A stretch of DNA of 61,695 bases from Puniceicoccales bacterium (GTDB lineage Bacteria > Verrucomicrobiota > Verrucomicrobiia > Opitutales > JAIRLM01). The translations under genes were made by a program, and so were the position numbers. The DNA is taken from positions 1 through 61,695 of the forward strand of contig JAITDG010000028.1 in the NCBI GenBank assembly GCA_031282685.1, given 5' to 3'. Numbering within the stretch: the stretch's first letter is position 1; each line of letters starts with the position of its first letter. The notes beneath the pieces were generated by a model. It was not told where the DNA came from, did no database searches, and saw only the letters and a program-made list of their open reading frames with translations. Shown one piece after another: positions 19,406-27,994 of the stretch.

Positions 19406-19807
19406 CGGGGGCGTATGGATTCGATCTCGCGAGGCAGGACGGTGTTGCGTGCCGGAGACGGGTGGTTGGCTCCGTTATCAATCCATCCAATGTCAGTAAA
19501 TGGCAAAGATAACATCATTAGGGGTCTCAAGTTCGGTTCGAGAGAATCGGCCCTTGCGGCTGCCTAGTACCCTATGCCGCTCCTGGTAGCGGCACGTCGC
19601 GGGGGCTGACCGCCTGCTAGGTCTCCGCGGCGACAAATAGCGGGCGGGGCCGCGGACCGTGCGTATCCGCGGTCGCATTTTACGCACTCGCTCGCGCGGT
19701 TTTGCCGCAGCAGACCGCGGCGGGTTAGACAAAAGTTGCGGCTACGCACGTAGAGGTACCGCCCGAGAGCGCGGGAGACGCGGGTTCGACTCCCGCCGCC
19801 TCCACCA
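19406..19807 (+). ncRNA. ssrA: Transfer-messenger RNA (tmRNA)
   Basis: The 5' end GGGGGCGTATGGATTCGA pairs with the 3' end CGCCTCC-A-CCA, including a G3-U pair as in tRNA-Ala. T-arm GCGGGTTCGACTCCCGC is present, and the 3' end is ...CCTCCACCA at 19807. The internal tag frame ends ...ESALAAA-TAG (stop 19565-19567). Confidence 0.9.
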
Positions 19808-19878
19808 AAATTTCAACCGAACTAGGGACTTTCGCTAACGGATTGCCAGAAATTGGACCGCGCCCTAGGGCTTCCTAG

Positions 19879-20715
19879 GTGGGCAGTCTCAGTCGGGAGG
19901 AAATTCTTAAAATTCTGCTGCAGGAGGTGGAATTGCTTGCAGCCGAAGGAGTAGACGCATTACCGGTCGGAGAGAAAGAAATAGAAAATCTTCGACGGGA
20001 ACCGGCGCCGGCAGAGGACCACAAAAATTTGACGGTTCCCCAGAGTCCGCCGGAAGGCGCAATTCCGCCCCCAATCCCCTTCGCCCTGCCGGCCGGCGAC
20101 AAGGGAACCCGCTGGAACGCCCTGCGGGAGATCGTACTCGGCTGCCCCGTCTGCCGAAGCCACGTGAAGCCTTCCCTGTCCGTAGTGTTCGGCGTCGGGA
20201 ACTTGGACGCGGACATCTTTTTCTGCGGCGAGGCGCCCGGAGCGGACGAGGAGCGGCAGGGGGAGCCCTTCGTGGGGCGGGCCGGCCAGCTGCTGAACAA
20301 GATAATCGAAGCCATGGGACTGCGTCGCAGCGATGTATACATTGGCAACGTCATGAACTGGCGACCGGAAATGCCCACTTCCTACGGAAATCGGCCGCCC
20401 AGCCGGGCGGAGATGGAGTTCTGTTTGCCCTACCTGCGGGCACAGGTGGAAATTGTTTCGCCAAAGGTGATTGTGGCGCTTGGCGCGTCGGCGGCCAACG
20501 GGCTCCTCGGCTACGACCCGGACCGGCGCCTGGGGGACGTGCGGGGCCGCTGGCAGGAATTCGAAGGCCGACCCCTCATGGTCACCTACCATCCGTCCTA
20601 TCTGCTTCGCAATCCTAGCCCTACGGCAAAGCGCAGCGCCTGGGAGGACATGCTGGCGGTGATGGAGCGGCTCTCCCTGCCCATTTCGGAACGGCAGCGA
20701 AATTTTTTCCTTTGA
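19879..20715 (+). CDS. Uracil-DNA glycosylase, family 4, with roughly 100-aa N-terminal extension
   Basis: FFCGEAPGADEERQGEPFVGRAGQLL (motif A GEAPG) and HPSYLLRNP (motif B). GTG start immediately after an in-frame TAG. Confidence 0.85.
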   Translation: MGSLSREEILKILLQEVELLAAEGVDALPVGEKEIENLRREPAPAEDHKNLTVPQSPPEGAIPPPIPFALPAGDKGTRWNALREIVLGCPVCRSHVKPSLSVVFGVGNLDADIFFCGEAPGADEERQGEPFVGRAGQLLNKIIEAMGLRRSDVYIGNVMNWRPEMPTSYGNRPPSRAEMEFCLPYLRAQVEIVSPKVIVALGASAANGLLGYDPDRRLGDVRGRWQEFEGRPLMVTYHPSYLLRNPSPTAKRSAWEDMLAVMERLSLPISERQRNFFL

Positions 20716-20787
20716 CCGAATTCCCCTCCGCCAACCGTCCGCAAGAATTTTGTTCCCAAGCGCGCCGGATCCGCTAATCTTGGGCCG

Positions 20788-21654
20788 ATGAAGATCTACG
20801 TCGACGGAGTCCCCTACGGGGAGCGCGACGCGCGCATTTCTCTCCTGGACAGGGGAATGCGAGCCGGCCTGGGCCTGCGGGGCCACTTCCTTTGCCGGGA
20901 TGGTGCCTTTTTTGCACTCGACGGCCGACTGGAGCAGATGCAGTCCGCGGCGAAGGAGCTGGCCCTGCCATTCCCCTGGGAGTTACCGGACATAAAGGAA
21001 TCTCTTGCGGTGACTTACGACATGAACGGCTTCGACGGGCGGGAGGCGCTGCTGGAGCTCATTCTGACGGCTGGAGCGGAACCGAAGGGAAAAGTGGATG
21101 GGGAAAAACCGCCGGAAGAGGAGGAGTTTTTTGCCCAGCCGGCCCATGCGGTGACGGCAAAGAAAATAGTACGACAAGAGCGGCAGCCGGTTCGGCTGGA
21201 ACTGCTCCGGGACAGCGATCTCTCCGCCGCTACAGTGCTGCGGGAAAGGTATCTGCTAGGTCAGACGACGACCGCACTGGCCCGCGCCCGCGCCGGCGCC
21301 GGCGCAATTCTGCTGGGATCGGACGGAAACGTCGCCGCCTGCACGGAGGGAGAGCTCTTCGCCGTGACGGACGGCCACCTGTGGGCGCCGGAAGCCCCCT
21401 ATGGCACGGTGGACCGGAGCAACGCGCTGGAATTGCTGAGCGATCTGGAGCGGCCCTGCGCGGTTCGGTCCGTGCGGCCGAAGGAATTGAACGGTGTGAG
21501 CGAGTGCTTCCTGCTGACGGACGACTGGGAGCTGGTTCCCGTTGGCGCCATCGGAAAGGCGGTGGTCGGGAGCGGGAAGGCGGGACCGGTGGCCGCCGCG
21601 CTCGCCGAAGATCTGCCCAAAAAGCTCTGGGCAAAGGCAAAAGCGCCTTTTTAG
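20788..21654 (+). CDS. Class-IV (fold type IV) PLP enzyme, aminodeoxychorismate lyase / branched-chain aminotransferase-like
   Basis: N-terminus MKIYVDGVPYGERDARISLLDRGMRAGLGL..F...G.FFALDGRLEQM fits the class-IV aminotransferase pattern. Substrate not assignable. Confidence 0.5.
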   Translation: MKIYVDGVPYGERDARISLLDRGMRAGLGLRGHFLCRDGAFFALDGRLEQMQSAAKELALPFPWELPDIKESLAVTYDMNGFDGREALLELILTAGAEPKGKVDGEKPPEEEEFFAQPAHAVTAKKIVRQERQPVRLELLRDSDLSAATVLRERYLLGQTTTALARARAGAGAILLGSDGNVAACTEGELFAVTDGHLWAPEAPYGTVDRSNALELLSDLERPCAVRSVRPKELNGVSECFLLTDDWELVPVGAIGKAVVGSGKAGPVAAALAEDLPKKLWAKAKAPF

Positions 21655-21666
21655 GAAAAGAGGTCC

Positions 21667-22578
21667 GTGGAGCGGCCCGTCACACTGTTCGCTCTGGGCA
21701 ACCGGCACCCGGAACCGCTCCCGCCCGGGACCGTCCGCGGCCAGTTCCTGCGGGAAGCATTCGCCGGCGGCAACTGCGACGTCGCCGTTCGCGGGCAGGA
21801 GCCGGCCGGTCGGGCCCTCCTCTGGGCGACTAAGGATTTGGAAACTTCGCCGGGCCAGCGCTTTTTGGAGTTGGCCCTGGCGGCGGAGGCACTTCTGGAT
21901 TTTTTTGGAGGGGCACCGGACCTGCTCCTGCCCTACTGCGACGGCTGCCGCTCCCACCGGCCCAGCACGGTCCGCGCCCTAGCCCGCTCGCTGGCCGCCC
22001 TGCCGGTCCGCTCCATCGTCTTCTTCGACCTGCACCGGGAGGATATTTTGGATCTCCTTCCCCAAAAAGCCGTTCACTTGCCGACCCTGCCCCTCTGGGC
22101 CCAGTTCGCCGAAAAACTTTCCCCGCCCGTGGACTGGGTAGTGGCGCCCGATCTGGGCCGCGCAAGGGCCGCTGCGGACCTGGCCAAGCTCCTCTCTGCC
22201 GGCACGATCGCCCTGGACAAGGGCAGGCCCGAAGAGCCGCTCCCGCCGGAGGTCAATGGCCGCCATGTCCTTCTCTTCGATGATGAAATCGTCAGCGGCC
22301 GCACCCTCCAGTGCGCCCTAGGGCGACTGGGGCGGGCCGGAGTAAAGTCCGTCGCCATCGCAGTTAGCTACGCCCTCTGCCCCGCGACTGCGCTGGCCAC
22401 GCTCGCCGGGGAACCGTCCGTTCGCGCCCTGGCCGTCGGCGACCTCATCGCACGGCCCGCGCCGCCCTGCGGGACCGTCCCACTGGCAATCCCTCTCCTG
22501 GAACGGTTTCTTGCCATTGGCGATGAGCAGCGCGCGGGGGGAATTGCGGGAACTGGAGCGGCCAATGGCCTTTTGTAG
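21667..22578 (+). CDS. Ribose-phosphate pyrophosphokinase-like protein (divergent; possibly non-catalytic)
   Basis: PRTase region VVAPDLGRARAAADLAKLL and LLFDDEIVSGRTL is Prs-like. The usual PY..YARQDR segment reads LLPYCDGCRSHR. GTG start. Confidence 0.55.
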   Translation: MERPVTLFALGNRHPEPLPPGTVRGQFLREAFAGGNCDVAVRGQEPAGRALLWATKDLETSPGQRFLELALAAEALLDFFGGAPDLLLPYCDGCRSHRPSTVRALARSLAALPVRSIVFFDLHREDILDLLPQKAVHLPTLPLWAQFAEKLSPPVDWVVAPDLGRARAAADLAKLLSAGTIALDKGRPEEPLPPEVNGRHVLLFDDEIVSGRTLQCALGRLGRAGVKSVAIAVSYALCPATALATLAGEPSVRALAVGDLIARPAPPCGTVPLAIPLLERFLAIGDEQRAGGIAGTGAANGLL

Positions 22579-23082
22579 CACTAATCCCTCCGGCAGAACA
22601 AGTTCGAGATCAGACGGAACTTCCAAAATGGCCACCGCTTCCGGTCCGGCCGATTGAAGATGCCTATGCAGAAGATTTAAGTGCCGATGCGGATCCCGGC
22701 GGAGCGATTCGTAGGGCGGGTCGCAGAAAAGCAAATCCGGAGCGGCGCCGATGGGCACGGAAAATGCATCGCCGCAGCGGACTATGAATTGCTCGGAAAA
22801 AACGCGGGCGGCGGAACAGGCGGCACTGAGGTTCTTCCTAATTAGTGCGCAACACTCCCGGCTCCTCTCCACGAAAATGCCGGACTTGGCCCCGCGACTC
22901 AGCGCCTCCAGCCCGTAGCTGCCCACGCCGGCGAAGAGATCGGCGAAGCGGCCGTAGCCCTTTCCCATCGCCGTGAGCGCGGAAAAAACCGCCTGCCGAA
23001 GGGCATCGGTGCTGGGCCGAATGTCGAAATCTCTGGGGCAGGACAGGAGGATGCCGCGGGCGAGCCCGCCCGTGATGCGCAC
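22318..23082 (-). CDS. rsmD: 16S rRNA (guanine966-N2)-methyltransferase RsmD, with an atypical C-terminal read-on
   Basis: MRITGGLARG..L......IRPSTDALRQAVFSAL, FADLFAGVGSYGLEALSRGA and LLFCDPPY are present. The last approximately 60-75 codons are antisense to the Prs-like gene (261-nt convergent overlap) and look non-native. Confidence 0.8.
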   Translation of the reverse strand: MRITGGLARGILLSCPRDFDIRPSTDALRQAVFSALTAMGKGYGRFADLFAGVGSYGLEALSRGAKSGIFVERSRECCALIRKNLSAACSAARVFSEQFIVRCGDAFSVPIGAAPDLLFCDPPYESLRRDPHRHLNLLHRHLQSAGPEAVAILEVPSDLELVLPEGLVLQKAIGRSSSRNSPRALLIANGKKPFQERDCQWDGPAGRRGPCDEVADGQGANGRFPGERGQRSRGAEGVANCDGDGLYSGPPQSP

Positions 23083-25136
23083 TATTCTTCCTCCAGCCGA
23101 GCCAGCCGCTCCCGGAGGGCTTTTATGGAAAAACCCCTAGCCACGAGCAGTTCTGCCCCGCACCGGCTCTCTCCAAATTCCCGCACGGCCACTACCCAGT
23201 CCCAGTCCACGTAGCGGAGCCACGGCTCCGGCCCGGCCGCCTCGACGGCCAGGCGGCGCCGGCAGGAGGGTGGCAGGACCGCGTCCCGGTAGTCCGCCGG
23301 CTGGCGGGCGAAGGCCTCCAGGCAGGGCAGGGAGAGCACGCGGCAGTGGGGAAAGGGCTGGGCGGCGAGGAGGGCCAGCCCCACTTCGCTGCCGCTGGCC
23401 AGCAGGAGGGATCGGAGGGGCGGCTCTTCCGGCCGAACGACGTAGCCGCCCAGCCGGGCGCCGGCCCGCCGGTCGGCGCCGGTCAGCGGACCCAGGTTCG
23501 GCAGCTCCTGGCGGGAAAAGATGAGGGCCGTCGGCCGAGTCCCGTTGTCCAGCGCCAGGGCAAAGGCTCCCACGCACTCTTCCCCGTCGGCGGGCCGGAC
23601 CACGTCCAAGTTGGGGATGGCCCGCAGGGAGGTCAGCGTCTCCACCGGCTGGTGCGTGGGGCCGTCCTCACCCACGGCGAGAGAGTCGTGCGTAAAAATA
23701 TAGAACACCGGCAGCCGGGCCATGGCGCTGAGTCGGATGGCGGGGCGCAGGTAGTCGGAAAAAACCAAAAACGTGGAGGCGGCCGGCAGAAAAATACCGT
23801 CGTAGGCCAGGCCGTTCGCAATGGCCCCCATGGCGTGTTCCCGAGTGCCGCACTGGATGTTACGGGCTGCGGTACAGTCGGCGGAAAGGGTCGGCGAGCC
23901 GGCGATGGCCGTGCCCGTCGAGGAGAATAGATCCGCACTCAAACTTATGAGGGAAGGCAAATTCCGCGCGACTTCCTGGAGCAGCGCCGAACCGCTTCGC
24001 CGGGTGGCCAGCGGGGCAGCGCCAAAGGGAGGAAATTCGGCCAGCAGCCGATCGCCGCTGAAGGACTTGCGGCAGAGCAGATCCAGCAGGTCACCGTGCC
24101 GTTCGAGGACGAAGGAGAAGCGCTCCTGCCAGCCGATGCGGGTGCGCCGCCGTTCCCCGGCCAACTTTTCGAAAAACTGCCGCACATTTTCCGGGACGGT
24201 GAAGGGCTCTTCGCCGGGGCAGAGCTCTTCCCGGGCGGCCCGCAGCGCGGCGCGGTCCAGCGGTAGGCCGTGGACCCGATGGCCGCCGGCGACGGACGGA
24301 ACTCCATTTCCCGCAACCGTCCGGGCGATGATGGCCTGGGGCCGGCCGCAGGGGAAGGAGCGGGCACGCTGGAGTGCCCCGTGGAGCTGCTCCAGGTCGT
24401 GGCCGTCCACCGACTGCACGGACCAGCCGAAAGATTCCAAAGTGGCTGCCGTGGTAGGCTTTTGCGAGTCCGCCGCCGGACCATCCAGCATGATCCCGTT
24501 GCTATCGTAGATGAGGATCAAATTCCCCAGCTCCCAGAGGCCGGCAAGCGAAAGCGCCTCCAACGCAACGCCTTCCTGCATACAGCCGTCGCCGGCGAGG
24601 CAGACCGTCCTGCCCTCCAGCAGGGACACGTCGCTACCCAGGCGGGCCGCCAGCAGCTGCTGGGACAGAGCCATGCCGACGGCGTTGGCCACGCCCTGGC
24701 CCAGGGGACCGGTGGTGCATTCCACGCCGAGGGAGCGGGAGAATTCCGTATGGCCGGCGGCGGCGCCCCCACGGCGGAAAAGGCGCAGGTCCTCCAAAGG
24801 GACGGGAAAGCCGGCCAAATGCAACCAACTGTAAAGGAAAGCGCTGCCGTGGCCGGCGGAGAGGACGAAGCGGTCCCGGTCCAGCCAGCCCGTATCTGTG
24901 CCGTCGCAGCGGAGGAATTTTCCAAAAAGTACGGCACCGATCTCCGCGCAGCCCAGGGCCATACCCATGTGCCCGCTCCCCGCCGCCGCCAACATGTCCA
25001 GAACCAGCGCGCGGGCCGCGCGGGCCACTCCGGCAAGAGTATCCCGCTCGCCTTCGCCGAGCGAAACTGGGCACGCCGTGTAATCCGCGCAATCGCCGCA
25101 GACCCCTCCGCAGTCCATCGGCCCATGGCAGCTCAC
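23082..25136 (-). CDS. tkt: Transketolase
   Basis: SGHMGMALGCAEI, GDGCMQEGVALEALSLAG (ThDP motif), THDSLAVGEDGPTHQPVE. Start is GTG 25136 or ATG 25118; either way there is a Cys-rich N-terminal extension. Confidence 0.93.
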   Translation of the reverse strand: MSCHGPMDCGGVCGDCADYTACPVSLGEGERDTLAGVARAARALVLDMLAAAGSGHMGMALGCAEIGAVLFGKFLRCDGTDTGWLDRDRFVLSAGHGSAFLYSWLHLAGFPVPLEDLRLFRRGGAAAGHTEFSRSLGVECTTGPLGQGVANAVGMALSQQLLAARLGSDVSLLEGRTVCLAGDGCMQEGVALEALSLAGLWELGNLILIYDSNGIMLDGPAADSQKPTTAATLESFGWSVQSVDGHDLEQLHGALQRARSFPCGRPQAIIARTVAGNGVPSVAGGHRVHGLPLDRAALRAAREELCPGEEPFTVPENVRQFFEKLAGERRRTRIGWQERFSFVLERHGDLLDLLCRKSFSGDRLLAEFPPFGAAPLATRRSGSALLQEVARNLPSLISLSADLFSSTGTAIAGSPTLSADCTAARNIQCGTREHAMGAIANGLAYDGIFLPAASTFLVFSDYLRPAIRLSAMARLPVFYIFTHDSLAVGEDGPTHQPVETLTSLRAIPNLDVVRPADGEECVGAFALALDNGTRPTALIFSRQELPNLGPLTGADRRAGARLGGYVVRPEEPPLRSLLLASGSEVGLALLAAQPFPHCRVLSLPCLEAFARQPADYRDAVLPPSCRRRLAVEAAGPEPWLRYVDWDWVVAVREFGESRCGAELLVARGFSIKALRERLARLEEE

Positions 25137-25254
25137 CGCAAGCCGTTGTCAGCATAAAAATTTGGAGCGGACCCGGAAAGATATTCTGCCGGCAAAAATC
25201 GGAGGGATTAAAATTTTTCATTGCTCCGGCGCGCTCTAGCGGCGACACTCTCCC

Positions 25255-27900
25255 GTGAGAAAGCAAATTGGGCAGTTTTTGGGCCTGGGAATCCTTTATC
25301 TCCTTCGCGGGATAGCCTTCGGTGCGAACGTAGCCGTCCCCTGGACCTATCCGGCCGAAGATGGCACACTGCAAGCCGTTGAAAGTGCAGGAAACGGCGA
25401 TAGGCTCTACTTCTCGGAGAGCACCTTTGTCTTTAGCGAGCAAGTTTCCGTAGAATTAGATAAATTCCTCGGCCTCTGTGGCTCAGAATTCGACGGTTCC
25501 GGCCGACCCACGACGGTTTTGCAAAAGGCCGAGGGGGCCGAAGGTCGGTTCTTTGATTTTGCTGGAGCCGCTGGCGACGTTTCGGCCCTCACATTCGAGG
25601 GGGAAAACTCACCGTACGGAGGGGCGCTTTCGTCTGTCGTCTTCTCCGGCAACATCCAAAGCTGCGTATTCGCGAACAATTCGGAATCGGCGGAAGGTGG
25701 GGCTGTCTTCTGTAAATGCTTCGAAGGAAACATTCAGAGCTCGTTTTTTATAAATAACTCATCCGGGACAGACGGCGGGGCGCTTTGCGTAGAAGGGATA
25801 AATTCCCCTATTCAATACTTCATCGGCAACATTCAAAATTCTATCTTTTCGGGCAATTCGACCGCCAATGGGGGACGCGGCGGGGCAATCTACTTCGACA
25901 AATTCTGCTCCGAAGATGGCGATGACCAGGCGGATTTGGGCGGAAGCTACTTTTTGGGAAACAGCGCAGGTATTTTGGGCGGAGCGCTTTATGCATCCGT
26001 AGATGCTCAATTGGCGGCCCGGTCCGGCGATGTGATTTTCCAGAGAAACTTAGCCGATGGGCACCCCAATGGGATGCACTTTGCCAACTTAAACAATGGC
26101 CAAAGGATCCTCATTGGGGCAGCAGAGGGCCATACCTTTTGGAACTACGACCCCATTTGGAGCGGCACCTCCGACGGCGAAAAGCTCGCCCATCAGAACC
26201 TCTTCCTGGAAATTAACGCGAATAGCGGGGAGACGGGCACGGTGCTCTTTGATCGCCACCGATCGGACATTTGGTTTCAAGGTGCCAACGGTGCAACGGT
26301 TTTCAACGGTACACTGGCACTGCAGAATGGGGCTTCCTTCGGTGCCAGCGAGAGCAATGTGTGGGGATTTCCCGCCAATGCGGGCCGTTTTACGCTGAAA
26401 GAGAGCGCCACCCTACGGATCGCCTACGGCCAGGATATCAAGCGTTACGAATTCAACGAAAGCACATTTAAACTGGAATCCACCCTGGAATCCGTGCCCT
26501 ACGATCCAGATTCCATGCGGAGCGGAATCTACGCCGGCATAGCGGATCTGCTGGGGAATTTGCAATTCATTCTGCCGCTAAATGTTACGACTAACACCCC
26601 CATGCTCTCGATCCCGTTTGGGGAAGTTACTGTTAGCCCATCGACCATAATCGACGTTGGCGTGAGTCCCTACGGCGACGGGCCATTCGCGCTTTCGGAG
26701 GGACAGTCGGTGACATTGTTGGATTGCGCTTCATTGGACTGCGAGCGGACGACCTTCCCCAACTGCGACGGATCGAGCATTCCCAACGTACGGACCGGCT
26801 ACCACTTCTCCGTTCTACAGGACGGCAATCGAATTTTAGCCAAATTTCTAGGGACGGGCAGCGGAAGTTCGTCCTCCGGCTCCAGCAGTTCGACGGCCTC
26901 CAGCTCGATCAGTGGAAGTTCCTCAATCGCAAGTTCGTCCAGCTCAAGCGGTGAAAGTTTTTCTTCCGGTTCCAGCGGCTCGGCGGCCTCCAGCTCAAGC
27001 GGATCGGATGTTGGTGCCATACGGCGCAAGATTTTGGGCGAAGGATGGCTGGCGGGCGTTGCCCTAGTAAACGGCGGCGGAGATCGGCTGGAATTCCCCG
27101 TTGCGAAAAGTGTGGCCACCTTCTGCTCCCTCGATGGGAGCCTGGAATGGCACAGGGAAAATCCACACCTCAAAGCGCACGGCACCTCCCTTGCGGCTGG
27201 ACTTACGGGCGCGGCCGGCCCACTGACCTGCGGCCTATTTTTCGAGGGAATATTCGCCAGAACGGACTCCGGGAAAGAGTGGGACGGCGAATGGGAGATT
27301 TCCGGCAGAGGACAAGCCCGAGCTATCGGTGGTGGAGCGTTCTTGCTCATAGATTTCGAATGGGCCTCCGTGGACTGCCCTCGCATAGAGGTGGCCATCC
27401 GGACCGGGCGCCTGCGAAATCGCTGGAATGTCAAAGATAGTTCCGGAAACGGGCTGGCCTTCGACGGAACCGCTCCCTACGTTGGAATTCGGCTGGGCGC
27501 CGCCTACGGCCTTCTATGGAAAGAAAAATTTCCCATCAACTTCTACGGCAAATGCTTCTGGTCCCATCTGTTCAGCGAAGAGTTCGAAGGCGAAGGAATT
27601 TTCTTTCGCTACTTGGACTCCTTCCGCCTGCGGCTGGGCGGCCGGCTCACCTATCCGGCCGATCGGAGACTAGTACCCTTGTTCGGAGCATACTATGAAC
27701 AGGAGCTGGCCGGAACGGCGGTGGGCAGCGCGGAGGGGTCGAAAATCCCACAGGCAACATTGCGGGGCGGCAGTGCCGCCGGCGAAGGGGGCTTCTCCTA
27801 CCGGCCTATTTCGCATGTCGCCGTGGACCTGCTAGTTCGCGGATCCGCGGGCCGAGAATCAGGCATAAGTGCATCTATCGTAGGAAAATATGAATTTTAA
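25255..27900 (+). CDS. Pmp-type (polymorphic membrane protein family) autotransporter, paralogue 1
   Basis: Signal-like N-terminus. Alternating GGA[ILV] (GGALSS, GGAVFC, GGALCV, GGAIYF, GGALYA) and FxxN (FANN, FINN, FSGN, FLGN, FQRN) repeats. Ser-rich linker. C-terminal beta-barrel-like domain ending KYEF. Confidence 0.85.
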   Translation: MRKQIGQFLGLGILYLLRGIAFGANVAVPWTYPAEDGTLQAVESAGNGDRLYFSESTFVFSEQVSVELDKFLGLCGSEFDGSGRPTTVLQKAEGAEGRFFDFAGAAGDVSALTFEGENSPYGGALSSVVFSGNIQSCVFANNSESAEGGAVFCKCFEGNIQSSFFINNSSGTDGGALCVEGINSPIQYFIGNIQNSIFSGNSTANGGRGGAIYFDKFCSEDGDDQADLGGSYFLGNSAGILGGALYASVDAQLAARSGDVIFQRNLADGHPNGMHFANLNNGQRILIGAAEGHTFWNYDPIWSGTSDGEKLAHQNLFLEINANSGETGTVLFDRHRSDIWFQGANGATVFNGTLALQNGASFGASESNVWGFPANAGRFTLKESATLRIAYGQDIKRYEFNESTFKLESTLESVPYDPDSMRSGIYAGIADLLGNLQFILPLNVTTNTPMLSIPFGEVTVSPSTIIDVGVSPYGDGPFALSEGQSVTLLDCASLDCERTTFPNCDGSSIPNVRTGYHFSVLQDGNRILAKFLGTGSGSSSSGSSSSTASSSISGSSSIASSSSSSGESFSSGSSGSAASSSSGSDVGAIRRKILGEGWLAGVALVNGGGDRLEFPVAKSVATFCSLDGSLEWHRENPHLKAHGTSLAAGLTGAAGPLTCGLFFEGIFARTDSGKEWDGEWEISGRGQARAIGGGAFLLIDFEWASVDCPRIEVAIRTGRLRNRWNVKDSSGNGLAFDGTAPYVGIRLGAAYGLLWKEKFPINFYGKCFWSHLFSEEFEGEGIFFRYLDSFRLRLGGRLTYPADRRLVPLFGAYYEQELAGTAVGSAEGSKIPQATLRGGSAAGEGGFSYRPISHVAVDLLVRGSAGRESGISASIVGKYEF
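26857..27009 (+). repeat. Serine-rich low-complexity coding tract (imperfect AGC/TCG-type repeats)
   Basis: Encodes GSGSSSSGSSSSTASSSISGSSSIASSSSSSGESFSSGSSGSAASSSSGS. It contains the repeated DNA element ggcctccagctc. Absent from the downstream paralogue. Confidence 0.85.
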
Positions 27901-27994
27901 AGCGGCGCTCGGCACTGCCTTCGATCGCAACAAAAGAGAAAAAAGTGTAAACTTTTTGCTTGCACCGCTCTATTTTTTTCGCAACATCCACCCC

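Noticed and set aside
19154-19567. 137-aa ORF spanning the cinA 5' end and the tmRNA.
   Set aside because: Its C-terminus is simply the tmRNA tag frame (…ESALAAA-stop) read through from upstream. It is not an independent gene.
26857-27009. Short-period DNA repeats that could be mistaken for a CRISPR or VNTR locus.
   Set aside because: They are in frame within the Pmp CDS, irregular in period, and lack a repeat-spacer structure. I interpret them as a Ser-rich linker.
27890-27994. 35-codon N-terminal extension of Pmp paralogue 2 that overlaps the stop of paralogue 1.
   Set aside because: The downstream ATG at 27995 starts a textbook signal peptide. The extension has no signal-like features.
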